From Candidatus Omnitrophota bacterium (GTDB taxonomy: Bacteria; Omnitrophota; Gorgyraeia; Zapsychrales; Fredricksoniimonadaceae), in assembly GCA_015232565.1 (NCBI GenBank), contig JADFZK010000009.1, positions 3,725 through 67,724 of the forward strand: a stretch of DNA of 64,000 nucleotides. Direction: 5' to 3'. Shown here piece by piece: positions 29,073-38,163 of this stretch. Under the pieces are notes generated by a model, which worked only from the letters and a program-made list of their open reading frames with translations, had not been told where the DNA came from and searched no databases. Every line of letters begins with the position of its first letter. Positions within the stretch are counted from its first letter, which is position 1. The translations under genes and the position numbers were made by a program.

Positions 29073-29438
29073 ATGAATAAAGCGATAAACGATGACATGG
29101 ATTGGTGTAAAGAAGAACAGTTGCATTTTGCGGCGCAAGATGGCGACTTAAATAAATGCAAAGAATTGATTGAACAAGGTTTTTCGGTTAACCAATTTAA
29201 CGATATGGCTAAAACACCTCTGCATTACGCAGCTGAGAAAGAACAACCTGAGGTGGTGAAGCTTCTTATTGCTTCTGGAGCTGATGTTAATGCGCATGAT
29301 GTAAGCCGTATCGGCAATACCCCGCTTAGGGAAGTGGCCGCAACTTGTTCATATGAGATGGCTAAATTATTGATTGATTTGGGCGCCAATCCCACGATTC
29401 CAGGTTGGATGCAGCTAACGGCTCTTCACCAAGCATAG
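29073..29438 (+). CDS. Ankyrin repeat protein (possibly prematurely stopped; frame stays open to 29504)
   Basis: LHFAAQDG, TPLHYAA, GADVN, GNTPL and GANP motifs. Confidence 0.85.
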   Translation: MNKAINDDMDWCKEEQLHFAAQDGDLNKCKELIEQGFSVNQFNDMAKTPLHYAAEKEQPEVVKLLIASGADVNAHDVSRIGNTPLREVAATCSYEMAKLLIDLGANPTIPGWMQLTALHQA

Positions 29439-29556
29439 GAAAGAAAATCTCCAGAAGGTCAGCGGGTTTATCAACTATTACTGGAGAGATCAAGGAAACT
29501 TTAATTTGTCGCTTCGCTATGGGGTGGCAATCAAGAGCGGGCCGACTGGTAACCTT

Positions 29557-29675
29557 GGCGCGCTTTGCACGATCAATGAGCGATTGTTAGATCTGTCGAC
29601 GTATTGAATGGAAAAGAAATGATTACGGTTTAAAATAGTTTGCCGGGCGCATGCAAAGTTGGATTGGTTAAGACG
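29557..29675 (+). repeat. ~118-bp intergenic direct repeat, copy 2
   Basis: Aligns by eye with 28944-29061. Confidence 0.9.
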
Positions 29676-29691
29676 GAATGGGGGGAGAGTT

Positions 29692-29964
29692 ATGAAGCTT
29701 AATAGAAAACAGGTGGCAGTGCTTTGGATCAGTGTAACCGTGTTCATTCCGGTGTTGTATTTTGCTTTAACAGCGGCGGCAAATTTGCAAATGAAGGAAG
29801 CGTTTTGGGCGTCGAGCAAGCTTACCCAGGAGGAGTCTCTGGTACAGAGGGTAAATATTATTCAGGAAAAAAGGGCGCTTTTTAACAAGCTCGGGGTGTT
29901 CTCTTTCGCCTGGTTCAGTTTAACCGGGTTAATGTGTTATTTGAACAATGGCAAGAAGGATTAG
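29692..29964 (+). CDS. Small two-TM hypothetical protein
   Basis: GGGGGAG RBS; two hydrophobic segments. Confidence 0.5.
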   Translation: MKLNRKQVAVLWISVTVFIPVLYFALTAAANLQMKEAFWASSKLTQEESLVQRVNIIQEKRALFNKLGVFSFAWFSLTGLMCYLNNGKKD

Positions 29965-30126
29965 CTAGTGTGGTGATTCATATATCTCTTTACATTTGAA
30001 TCACCACACTGGAGCAATGGAGCAATCGAAAATGGAGAAATAATTAAACATTTGGCTCCATTGCGGTCTATTTTCGATTTTCCAATGCTCATCAAATGTA
30101 AAGAAGCGTCAGACACACTACACTAG
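29965..30126. repeat. Multi-inverted-repeat intergenic element
   Basis: Perfect inverted repeats of 14, 13 and 10 bp plus imperfect ones (details in findings). Confidence 0.8.
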
Positions 30127-30199
30127 ATGTCACGCCCGAGCTGCGAAGCCCAGGCGGTTTGCGATTGCTGGTTCCCCGATTTATTGTATAATGCGCGCT

Positions 30200-32761
30200 A
30201 TGGATCATGCCGCTTCATCCACGCCAATGCTCAGGCAGTACGCCGAAGTAAAATCCCGCCATAAGGATTGCATACTTTTCTTTCGCCTGGGTGATTTCTA
30301 TGAAATGTTCTACGAGGATGCCCGGGAAGCTTCCCGGCTCCTGGAACTGGTGCTGACCGCGCGCGGCAGTGACGACAAGGGCAAAGTGCCGATGTGCGGT
30401 ATTCCGTACCATTCGGCCGAGAACTATATCGCCCGGCTGGTGCGGGCCGGCCGCAAGGTGGCCATCTGTGAACAGGTGGAGGATCCGGCGGCGGTCACCA
30501 AAGGTATCGTGCGCCGGGAAGTGGTAAGGATCATTTCGGCCGGGACTTTTCTGGATGATGGCGCCGAGGCCCGGTTCCTGCTGGCGTTGTGCCCGGGGCC
30601 GAAGGCTTTTGGCCTGGCTTTCACCGATACCGCCACCGGAACCCTGCAGGCCAATGAATTCTTTAGCGAGCATCAGGTGCTGGAAGTGCTTTCCCGGATA
30701 CCTTTAAATGAATGTGTTTATCCCGAGGAAAAAGAAGCCGAGGTCAGAAAACTCCTGGCGCATCCCATGCTGCGGCTTAAAGGGGTTACGTTAACAGCCT
30801 TTCGCGGCTGGTCTTTTGATCCGCAACGTGGTCGTAAAATACTGCTCGAACATTTCGCAGTGCAGAGTTTGCGTGGTTTTGGTATTGAGCCTTTGGTCCA
30901 GGCCCAGGCGGCCGCCGGAGCTTTGGTGGAATACCTGCGCGACATGAACAAAACTCCCGTTAAGCATCTGGACCGCATCGCACTTTACAATGACAGCAGT
31001 TATGTATATATCTCTCCCGCCGCGCATTATGGCTTGGAGCTGGACAGTTTGCTTAAGACCCTGGACCGGACGATCACGCCCATGGGGCGGCGGCTTTTTC
31101 GTTCCTGGCTGTATCATCCTCTTAAAGCGGTGGCTCTTATTGAGCAAAGGCTCGACGCGGTCACTCATCTGCTGCAGGATCCGCGCTTAAGCGCGGAGTT
31201 GGGCGGCGTTTTGCTCAAGGATATGCCGGATGTGGAAAAGAGTTTGTCACGCGTCAGTTGTAGCTGTGCTCAGCCCCGGGATTTTCTGGTGATCCGTAAT
31301 GCGCTGGCCCGGGCTCCGGGTTTTGCCGCGGCCCTGGAGCGCGCGCCCGTCTCGGAAGGAACGGCCAATGAGCTTTTTATTGTAAATGATATCCCCGGCT
31401 TGCGGGCTAAACTGGTGGCGGCTATTGATCCGGACATGCCGTTGGCCAAGAATGAGGGCAAGGTTATCCGGGCGGGGTTTAATGCCCAGCTCGATGAGTT
31501 GAAAAGTTTGCAGGATAACGGGCTGGAATGGTTACAGGATTATCAGGCCCGGGAAGTGCGCCGCAGCGGCATCAATTCGCTTAAGGTGGGGTTCAACCGG
31601 ATATTCGGGTATTATATCGAGATCACCAATGCCAACCTTAAAGCCGTGCCGGCCGATTATCAGCGCCGGCAAACGCTGGTTAACGGCGAGCGGTTCATCA
31701 CGCCGGAGCTCAAGGACCATGAGGTCAAGATATTAAGCGCCCAGGAGAAAGTCCTCCAGCTGGAAGCCGAGATCCTGGGCGAGTTGGCCCGCGATATTGT
31801 GGCCGCTACGCATGATGTGCATCGTTTCTGCCGGGAAGTGGCCGTGGTGGATGTGCTGGCGTCTTTGGCCCGGGGGGCCGCTCAGCCGGGGTATACCCGT
31901 CCGCGGTTGACCGATGGCACTGAACTAGTGATCACAGCCGGACGGCATCCGGTGGTGGAAGGCCTGGTTGACGGCGGTTTTATTCCCAACGATACCCGCC
32001 TGGGCGATGATACGCGTTTGGTGATACTCACCGGGCCGAATATGGCCGGTAAATCGACTTATATCCGCCAGAATGCCCTTTTGGTCGTGATGGCGCAAAT
32101 GGGCGGTTATGTGCCGGCCGCCGCGGCGCGGATCGGGGTGGTGGACAAAATATTTACCCGTATCGGAGCGCACGACGAGATCGCCAAAGGCCAGAGCACT
32201 TTTATGGTGGAAATGACCGAAGCCGCCGATATTGTGAACAACCTGACTCCCCGCAGCCTGATAATTCTCGACGAGATCGGCCGGGGTACTTCAACTTACG
32301 ACGGGCTGGCGCTGGCCTGGGCTTTGGTGGAGCATTTGCATGCCAAAAAGGCCCGGGTGTTCTTTGCCACGCATTTCCATGAGCTCACGCGTTTATCGGA
32401 ACAGTTGTCGGGGGTGAAGAATTATAATGTCCTGGTACGCGAGTGGGAAGATCAGGTGATCTTCCTGCACCAGATCGTGCCGGGTGCGGCGGATGACAGT
32501 TATGGTATTTATGTGGCCAAGCTGGCCGGTATGCCGGGCCGGGTGGTGACCCGGGCAAATGTGATACTGGCCGAGCTGGAACAAGGGCGTGCGGGCGTGG
32601 GTGTGGCATGCGGGGAAAGCCAGCCGGATCTCTTTAAGGCGGCTCCCGCCGATCCGGGCCTTGAGGCCCTGCGCGTGGACCTGGCGGCTGTGGATATAGA
32701 GAATCTTACGCCTTTGCAGGCTCTGCAGAAGCTGAATGAATTGAAAAGGAAATATGCCTAA
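30200..32761 (+). CDS. mutS: DNA mismatch repair protein MutS
   Basis: TPMLRQY, FRLGDFYEMF, GPNMAGKST and DEIGRGTST motifs. Confidence 0.97.
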   Translation: MDHAASSTPMLRQYAEVKSRHKDCILFFRLGDFYEMFYEDAREASRLLELVLTARGSDDKGKVPMCGIPYHSAENYIARLVRAGRKVAICEQVEDPAAVTKGIVRREVVRIISAGTFLDDGAEARFLLALCPGPKAFGLAFTDTATGTLQANEFFSEHQVLEVLSRIPLNECVYPEEKEAEVRKLLAHPMLRLKGVTLTAFRGWSFDPQRGRKILLEHFAVQSLRGFGIEPLVQAQAAAGALVEYLRDMNKTPVKHLDRIALYNDSSYVYISPAAHYGLELDSLLKTLDRTITPMGRRLFRSWLYHPLKAVALIEQRLDAVTHLLQDPRLSAELGGVLLKDMPDVEKSLSRVSCSCAQPRDFLVIRNALARAPGFAAALERAPVSEGTANELFIVNDIPGLRAKLVAAIDPDMPLAKNEGKVIRAGFNAQLDELKSLQDNGLEWLQDYQAREVRRSGINSLKVGFNRIFGYYIEITNANLKAVPADYQRRQTLVNGERFITPELKDHEVKILSAQEKVLQLEAEILGELARDIVAATHDVHRFCREVAVVDVLASLARGAAQPGYTRPRLTDGTELVITAGRHPVVEGLVDGGFIPNDTRLGDDTRLVILTGPNMAGKSTYIRQNALLVVMAQMGGYVPAAAARIGVVDKIFTRIGAHDEIAKGQSTFMVEMTEAADIVNNLTPRSLIILDEIGRGTSTYDGLALAWALVEHLHAKKARVFFATHFHELTRLSEQLSGVKNYNVLVREWEDQVIFLHQIVPGAADDSYGIYVAKLAGMPGRVVTRANVILAELEQGRAGVGVACGESQPDLFKAAPADPGLEALRVDLAAVDIENLTPLQALQKLNELKRKYA

Positions 32762-34652
32762 GGTCCAAGTGCTGTCGGCGGATGTTATTGCCCGGATCGC
32801 CGCCGGGGAAGTGGTGGAGCGCCCGGCTTCGGTAGTTAAGGAGCTGATGGAGAACAGCCTGGATGCCGGGGCCATGAAGATCGAGGTCAATCTGACCGGT
32901 GGCGGCAAGCAGTTGATCCAGGTGAAAGATAATGGCGGCGGCATAGCGCGGGAGGATATGGAGGCTTTGTTCTATCGGCATGCTACCAGCAAGTTGAGTT
33001 CAAAAGAGGATCTGGACAATATCCTTTCCCTGGGCTTCCGGGGCGAGGCTTTGTATTCTGTTTCGTCGGTAGCCGAATTGGCCTTAAAAAGCCGCGCGGC
33101 GGGGCAGGGTGAGGCCTGGGAGATCAAGGTGCACGGCGGCGCCCGGCAAATGATCCTGCCGGCGGCGATGCCCGCCAACGGCACCGATATAAGGGTGGAA
33201 GAGTTATTCTTTAATACTCCGGCCCGCAAAAAATTCCTTAAATCGGATCACGGCGAATTTGGCCAGGCGGCGGATGTGTTCTTGCCGTATGCCCTCCTGT
33301 ATCCGCAAAAACATCTGGTACTGACGCATAACGGGCGCGTGGTATATGATCTTTCCCCCGAGGGTAGCGGCGCGGCGCGGGCGGCGCGGGCGCTGGCCTT
33401 GCCGGTGGAGCATATTATTACACTTGATAAGACGCAACAGGGTGAGGCGCACATCAGCGGTTTACTGGGCGATATTAATGTCCAGCGGCCCCGGCGCGAT
33501 CTGCAGTTCGTGTTTGTCAACGGCCGGCCGGTGCAGTCCAAGGGTTTGTTGTTTCATTTGAATGATGTCTACCGGCTGATCCTGCCGGAGGGAGTGCACC
33601 CGTTCTTCGTGCTTTATCTGGAGATCCCCCCGCAAGAGGTGGATGTGAATATCCATCCAGCCAAGCGGGAGGTGCGCATTAAAGATGAGGCGCGGATCGG
33701 CAGTATGGTGCGCCGGGCGGTGGAACAGGCGCTGATGACCAAAGGCCAGGCGAAAGAGGCGGTGGCGGTTTTTCCGTTTGAGCCCGGGGTAATGCCGGCC
33801 GACCAGGCGGATCAGGGTTTGGCTCCCGGGCGCCTGCTGTTTGGCCCCGGTCAGCGTTCGGCGGTGCCGGCTTTTGTGCCGCGGCCAGCGTCCGCGGCTG
33901 GCGCAGTGCCCGGCCATTCGGTATCCGCGGCGCCTTCTCGGGCGGTTGAGCCGGTAAAAGCCGAGGCGCAAAGTTTTTTTGCCTTCACCGGGCAATTGGC
34001 GGCCCGCCGGGACGATTCACTTAAGGAGCGCCTTTTGCACGCGCGGTTCCTGGGCACGTTCATTTGCAAATATCATCTTTTTGAGGAAGGCGAAGGTTTG
34101 TTCGTGGTGGACCAGCACGCCGCCCAGGAGCGTATTCTTTTTGAATTGTTCACCAGGCAGATGCGTTCCGGTGTCATGGAGGTGGACCGTTTGCTGGCGC
34201 CGCTTGTGGTAAGGCTGTCGCCGCGCGAGCTTTTAACCTGGGAGAATTTGAAGGCCCAGCTTGACGCTTTGGGTTTTGAATCGGCCTTGCTGGGCGAGGG
34301 CGCGGTAGCGTTACAGGCGCATCCGCGGCTTATCAAAGCGCCGGAAGCCGCCTTTCGCGCTCTATTATCCGATGAAGATAAGGCGGGCGCCGAACGCCCG
34401 GTTGCAAATTCCCGGCCGGGTGATGCCTTGCCCGGAGGCGGCCGGCCCAGCCAGGAGTTCCTGGCCGGATTATCCCGCCGGGCTTGCCGCGCTTCGGTGA
34501 TGAGCGGTGAGCGCATGCATAGCGATGAAGCCCGGGAACAGCTTAAGCGCCTGATGGATTGTGACGACCCCTTTACCTGTCCGCACGGCCGTCCGGTGTT
34601 CATTGAGCTCAAGAGCTCATTCCTGGACCGGCAATTCTTGCGGACCAGTTAA
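32754..34652 (+). CDS. mutL: DNA mismatch repair endonuclease MutL
   Basis: IAAGEVVERP and GFRGEAL; endonuclease motifs DQHAAQERILFE, ACR and CPHGRP. Confidence 0.97.
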   Translation: MPKVQVLSADVIARIAAGEVVERPASVVKELMENSLDAGAMKIEVNLTGGGKQLIQVKDNGGGIAREDMEALFYRHATSKLSSKEDLDNILSLGFRGEALYSVSSVAELALKSRAAGQGEAWEIKVHGGARQMILPAAMPANGTDIRVEELFFNTPARKKFLKSDHGEFGQAADVFLPYALLYPQKHLVLTHNGRVVYDLSPEGSGAARAARALALPVEHIITLDKTQQGEAHISGLLGDINVQRPRRDLQFVFVNGRPVQSKGLLFHLNDVYRLILPEGVHPFFVLYLEIPPQEVDVNIHPAKREVRIKDEARIGSMVRRAVEQALMTKGQAKEAVAVFPFEPGVMPADQADQGLAPGRLLFGPGQRSAVPAFVPRPASAAGAVPGHSVSAAPSRAVEPVKAEAQSFFAFTGQLAARRDDSLKERLLHARFLGTFICKYHLFEEGEGLFVVDQHAAQERILFELFTRQMRSGVMEVDRLLAPLVVRLSPRELLTWENLKAQLDALGFESALLGEGAVALQAHPRLIKAPEAAFRALLSDEDKAGAERPVANSRPGDALPGGGRPSQEFLAGLSRRACRASVMSGERMHSDEAREQLKRLMDCDDPFTCPHGRPVFIELKSSFLDRQFLRTS

Positions 34653-34673
34653 TAAGGAACTATTCATTAATTG

Positions 34674-34702
34674 TTGACAGTCCCGCCCTATTTAATAACA
34701 AT
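34674..34702 (+). promoter_or_regulatory. Putative sigma70 promoter upstream of the secretin-like gene
   Basis: TTGACA-N17-AACAAT. Confidence 0.5.
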
Positions 34703-34711
34703 GTGCCTACT

Positions 34712-35935
34712 ATGAAGAAGTTTTTCTTAACAATACTATATTGTGTTGCTTTGGTGGTGGCCGGGGGCTCGGCTGGTGTCGGGCTGGCTTGGGCCGCGGA
34801 TGGTGCGGCGGAGCCGGCGGTCAGGATCATCAAGCTGAATTTTGCCCAGGTGTACGAAGTGGCTACGGTACTCACCCAGATGAAGGGCGCCGACGGTAAA
34901 GTAATAGCTAATGAAGACGCCAAAAGCGTGGTTCTGATGGACACGCCCGAGCGGATCAAGGCTATGGAAGATGTTGTGCGGCAGATGGACATTCAAACGG
35001 TTACGGTTGATATCCCTTTGCGGTTCAGCCAGGCTAATGAGGTTTTGGATAATGTGCGCGCTTTGCTTACCCAGAGCGTGGGCGCTATTGCTGCTGATAT
35101 GCAAAAAGGCGTTATTACAGTTACCGACACTCCGGTGGTAGTAGACCGGGTGCGCCGGGCGGTGGAGGCTTTGGATCATCGCGGGCGCAAGATCATCCTG
35201 GAAGCCAAGCTGGTGCATGTGGTGCTGGATGACGAGCACTTGGGCGGGGTGGATTGGTCGGGCATTGTGGCGGACCACCAGAACCTGCGGCTGGAAGGCC
35301 AGAGGGCTTTTCTGGGCGGCGATGGCAAGGGCCAGTCGTTGAGCCTGGGGACTATCGAAGGGAGCGACTTTGTGCCGCTGATCGAAGCGCTGGACACGGT
35401 GGGCATAGTTAAAGAATATCCCATTACCGACTTGCCTGTTCCATCGGGCAGTGAAGTGCGGATGGTGGTGCGTATGGACGAGCCGGATATTGCCCTGGAG
35501 GCGGCCGATGCGCCTGATGCCGAGCCGCTTACACCGGAAGACGCCGCGGTCGAATTTGGGCTTAGAAGCGAAGTGGATGTGGATGGCACCATTAAAACAG
35601 CTATTATCACGCGCGAACCGGCGGGGTCCGTGCGGGCGTCCGACAAAACGAGGACCGGTGCCCGTTCTCCGTCCATTATGGGCCGCAAGCCGCGGAATGC
35701 CACTGTGCGATCGCTGGAAGGCGGGTCGATCGTGCTGGGCGGGCTTATTGCCACCGAGAAAGTGCTGACCCAGCGCAAGATACCGGTTATCGGCGATCTG
35801 CCTTTGCTGGGTTTTGCTTTCCGTTACCATAACAGTTCAGTGCGGCGCGAAGAGTTTGTTATCCTTTTAACACCCCGGAGCGTTACGCCCGAGGTGGAAC
35901 CTGCGGCTCCAGCGGCGAAAGCGGCGGTGAATTAA
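34712..35935 (+). CDS. Compact secretin-family protein (two N3-like domains plus secretin domain)
   Basis: Signal peptide; IILEAKLVHV, GVDW, IVLGGLI, KIPVIGDLPLLGFAFR and EFVILLTPR motifs. Confidence 0.8.
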   Translation: MKKFFLTILYCVALVVAGGSAGVGLAWAADGAAEPAVRIIKLNFAQVYEVATVLTQMKGADGKVIANEDAKSVVLMDTPERIKAMEDVVRQMDIQTVTVDIPLRFSQANEVLDNVRALLTQSVGAIAADMQKGVITVTDTPVVVDRVRRAVEALDHRGRKIILEAKLVHVVLDDEHLGGVDWSGIVADHQNLRLEGQRAFLGGDGKGQSLSLGTIEGSDFVPLIEALDTVGIVKEYPITDLPVPSGSEVRMVVRMDEPDIALEAADAPDAEPLTPEDAAVEFGLRSEVDVDGTIKTAIITREPAGSVRASDKTRTGARSPSIMGRKPRNATVRSLEGGSIVLGGLIATEKVLTQRKIPVIGDLPLLGFAFRYHNSSVRREEFVILLTPRSVTPEVEPAAPAAKAAVN

Positions 35936-35936
35936 T

Positions 35937-36974
35937 ATGGTTAGATATCTTGCCAGCTTGTTTGTGCTTTTATTACTGGCCGGTTGCGCTTCGGTGCCCA
36001 AACCCGGGCTTTTGCAGCCTGCGGGCGAGTCTTCGGCGCAGGAGCTGTGCCGCAAGTATAATATTGAGTGCCGCTGGGATTCCGTGTCCCAGACCATAAC
36101 CATGGTTTATATGGACAAGACCATTAAGGCCTTGGTGGGCAGTGACATGGTGGTGATCGGTAAAAACCGCATTGCTTTGAGCGCATCGGTGTATCGTAAG
36201 CGCGGCGCGGTTATTTTCCCGCCGGATTTTGAACGCGCTGTTTTCGGGCCGGCGGTGGTGCCGCAGGAAGATTATGTTAAAGGCGCCCAGTCCGGACGCC
36301 TGAAGAAAGTGGTGATAGACGCCGGGCACGGCGGTAAGGACCCCGGGGCCATAGGAGTGGCGGGGCTGAAGGAAAAAGATGTGGTGCTCGACATTGCCCG
36401 CCGGGTAAAGAAGGGCTTTGAAGCCGCCGGGGTAGTGGTGGTAATGACCCGCGATAGTGAAGATTTTATTACCCTGGCCGATCGCACCTCGATAGCCAGC
36501 CAGCCGGATGTGGACCTGTTTGTGAGTATTCACGCTAACGCCAACAAGTCCCGCGGTGTAAACGGGATCGAAGTGTATTATGCCGGAGCTTTAAACCGCG
36601 ATGACCGCTCCGAGGACCAGCGCCTGGCGAACCAGAAGAAGATCTGCAGTTTGTATAATATGCGCAGTGATATTCCCGATTTGCGGGCCATAACGTCCGA
36701 TATGCTTTATGCCTATAAACGTGCGTTCTCGCCGGGCTTGTCGGAAGCGGTGGCCCGGGGGCTGGCGCGGGAAGTACCCCGGCAGAACCGGGGGAGCAAG
36801 CCCGAACGGTTCTTTGTCTTACGTAACACCCTCATTCCGGCAGTGCTGGTGGAGGTGGGGTTTGTGACTAATCCGAAAGAAGCTTCTTTATTGAAGGATA
36901 ACGATTTTCGCCAGCGGCTGGCGGAGGCGATAACTAAAAGTGTCTTGAGGTTTGTTTATGTCTCGGGTTTCTGA
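35937..36974 (+). CDS. N-acetylmuramoyl-L-alanine amidase (Amidase_3), lipoprotein
   Basis: Lipobox LAGC; IDAGHGGKDPGA, SIHAN and VLVEVGF motifs. Confidence 0.92.
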   Translation: MVRYLASLFVLLLLAGCASVPKPGLLQPAGESSAQELCRKYNIECRWDSVSQTITMVYMDKTIKALVGSDMVVIGKNRIALSASVYRKRGAVIFPPDFERAVFGPAVVPQEDYVKGAQSGRLKKVVIDAGHGGKDPGAIGVAGLKEKDVVLDIARRVKKGFEAAGVVVVMTRDSEDFITLADRTSIASQPDVDLFVSIHANANKSRGVNGIEVYYAGALNRDDRSEDQRLANQKKICSLYNMRSDIPDLRAITSDMLYAYKRAFSPGLSEAVARGLAREVPRQNRGSKPERFFVLRNTLIPAVLVEVGFVTNPKEASLLKDNDFRQRLAEAITKSVLRFVYVSGF

Positions 36975-37785
36975 TCAGGCGGGCCAGTTCGACCGGCCGG
37001 TAGGGGTTTTCGATTCCGGTATCGGCGGGTTAACGGTGGCCCAGGAAATAACGCGCCTGCTGGCTAATGAGCAGATCGTTTATTTTGGCGATACCGCACG
37101 CGTACCGTACGGCACCAAATCGAGGGAGTCGGTCATCCGGTTCTCCAAGGACAATATGAACGTTCTTTTGAAATATGGCGTTAAGGTGGTGGTGATAGCC
37201 TGCAACACGTCTACCAGCTGGGCGTTGAGCGTGATACGCCGGGAATATGCGGTGCCGGTCATTGGCGTTATCGAGCCGGGTTCCCGCCGGGCGGTTGAGG
37301 TTACCAGGACCGGGCGCATCGGGGTCATCGCTACGCAATCCACTATCGCCAGCGGCAAGTATACCCAGACCATCGAGCGTTTGCTGCCCCGGGCGCAGGT
37401 TACGGCGCGGCCGTGCCCCTTGTTCGTGCCTTTGGTGGAAGAAGGGTGGATCGACGGCAAGGTTACCGAAAGTGTGGCTGAGGAATATCTGGCGCCGATC
37501 CGCAAGGCCGGCGTGGATACGCTCATCCTGGGCTGTACGCATTATCCTTTGTTGAAGACGGTTATCCAGAAAGTAATGGGTAAGGGCGTTACGCTGGTGG
37601 ATTCGGCCACCGAAACGGCCCGGGAAGTTAAAGCTTTGCTGGAGTCCCGGGGCCTGGCGCGGCAATCGCGCCGTCCGCCTCGCCATGAATTTCTGGTTTC
37701 CGATGAACCGGAACATTTTCGGACCCTGGCCAAGCGTTTCCTGGGGCATGACCTGGCTTCGGTAAGGAGGGTGGACAGTGTTTGA
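36958..37785 (+). CDS. murI: Glutamate racemase
   Basis: FDSGIGGLTV, PYGTKS, ACNT and LGCTHYP motifs. Confidence 0.96.
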   Translation: MSRVSDQAGQFDRPVGVFDSGIGGLTVAQEITRLLANEQIVYFGDTARVPYGTKSRESVIRFSKDNMNVLLKYGVKVVVIACNTSTSWALSVIRREYAVPVIGVIEPGSRRAVEVTRTGRIGVIATQSTIASGKYTQTIERLLPRAQVTARPCPLFVPLVEEGWIDGKVTESVAEEYLAPIRKAGVDTLILGCTHYPLLKTVIQKVMGKGVTLVDSATETAREVKALLESRGLARQSRRPPRHEFLVSDEPEHFRTLAKRFLGHDLASVRRVDSV

Positions 37786-38140
37786 ACTTACGGTAAGGGC
37801 GGATTTCTCATCGGCACATTTCTTGCGCGATTACAACGGCCAGTGCCGGAACCTGCACGGCCATACCTGGAAAGTGGCGGTTACGGTGGAAGGTGAGCAG
37901 CTTAACAGTATTGGAGTGATGGCGGACTTTGTGGAAATGAAAAAACATCTCAGGGGTATATTGTCCCGGCTCGACCATACTTGCCTGAACGACCTGGATT
38001 TCTTTAAGGCCCATAATCCTACCGCCGAGAATCTGGCACGCTATATCTTTGACGAGTATAAGCCCCTGATCGCCCCGATAAAGTTGGTGAAAGTTCGGGT
38101 TTGGGAGTCCGACCAATCTGACGTGGCTTATTTTGAGTAG
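37778..38140 (+). CDS. queD: 6-carboxytetrahydropterin synthase
   Basis: SAHFL, CRNLHGH, PTAENLA and VWES motifs. Confidence 0.93.
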   Translation: MFELTVRADFSSAHFLRDYNGQCRNLHGHTWKVAVTVEGEQLNSIGVMADFVEMKKHLRGILSRLDHTCLNDLDFFKAHNPTAENLARYIFDEYKPLIAPIKLVKVRVWESDQSDVAYFE

Positions 38141-38163
38141 CCCGGGTGGACATTAGAAATCTT

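Noticed and set aside
29436-29438. Pyrrolysine or amber recoding
   Set aside because: TAG terminates several conserved genes in this window at their expected ends, and no pyl genes are seen.
28944-30126. Integron with attC sites
   Set aside because: No RYYYAAC/GTTRRRY-bounded palindromes after each ORF and no IntI; the repeats lie upstream of the ORFs and are not palindromic.
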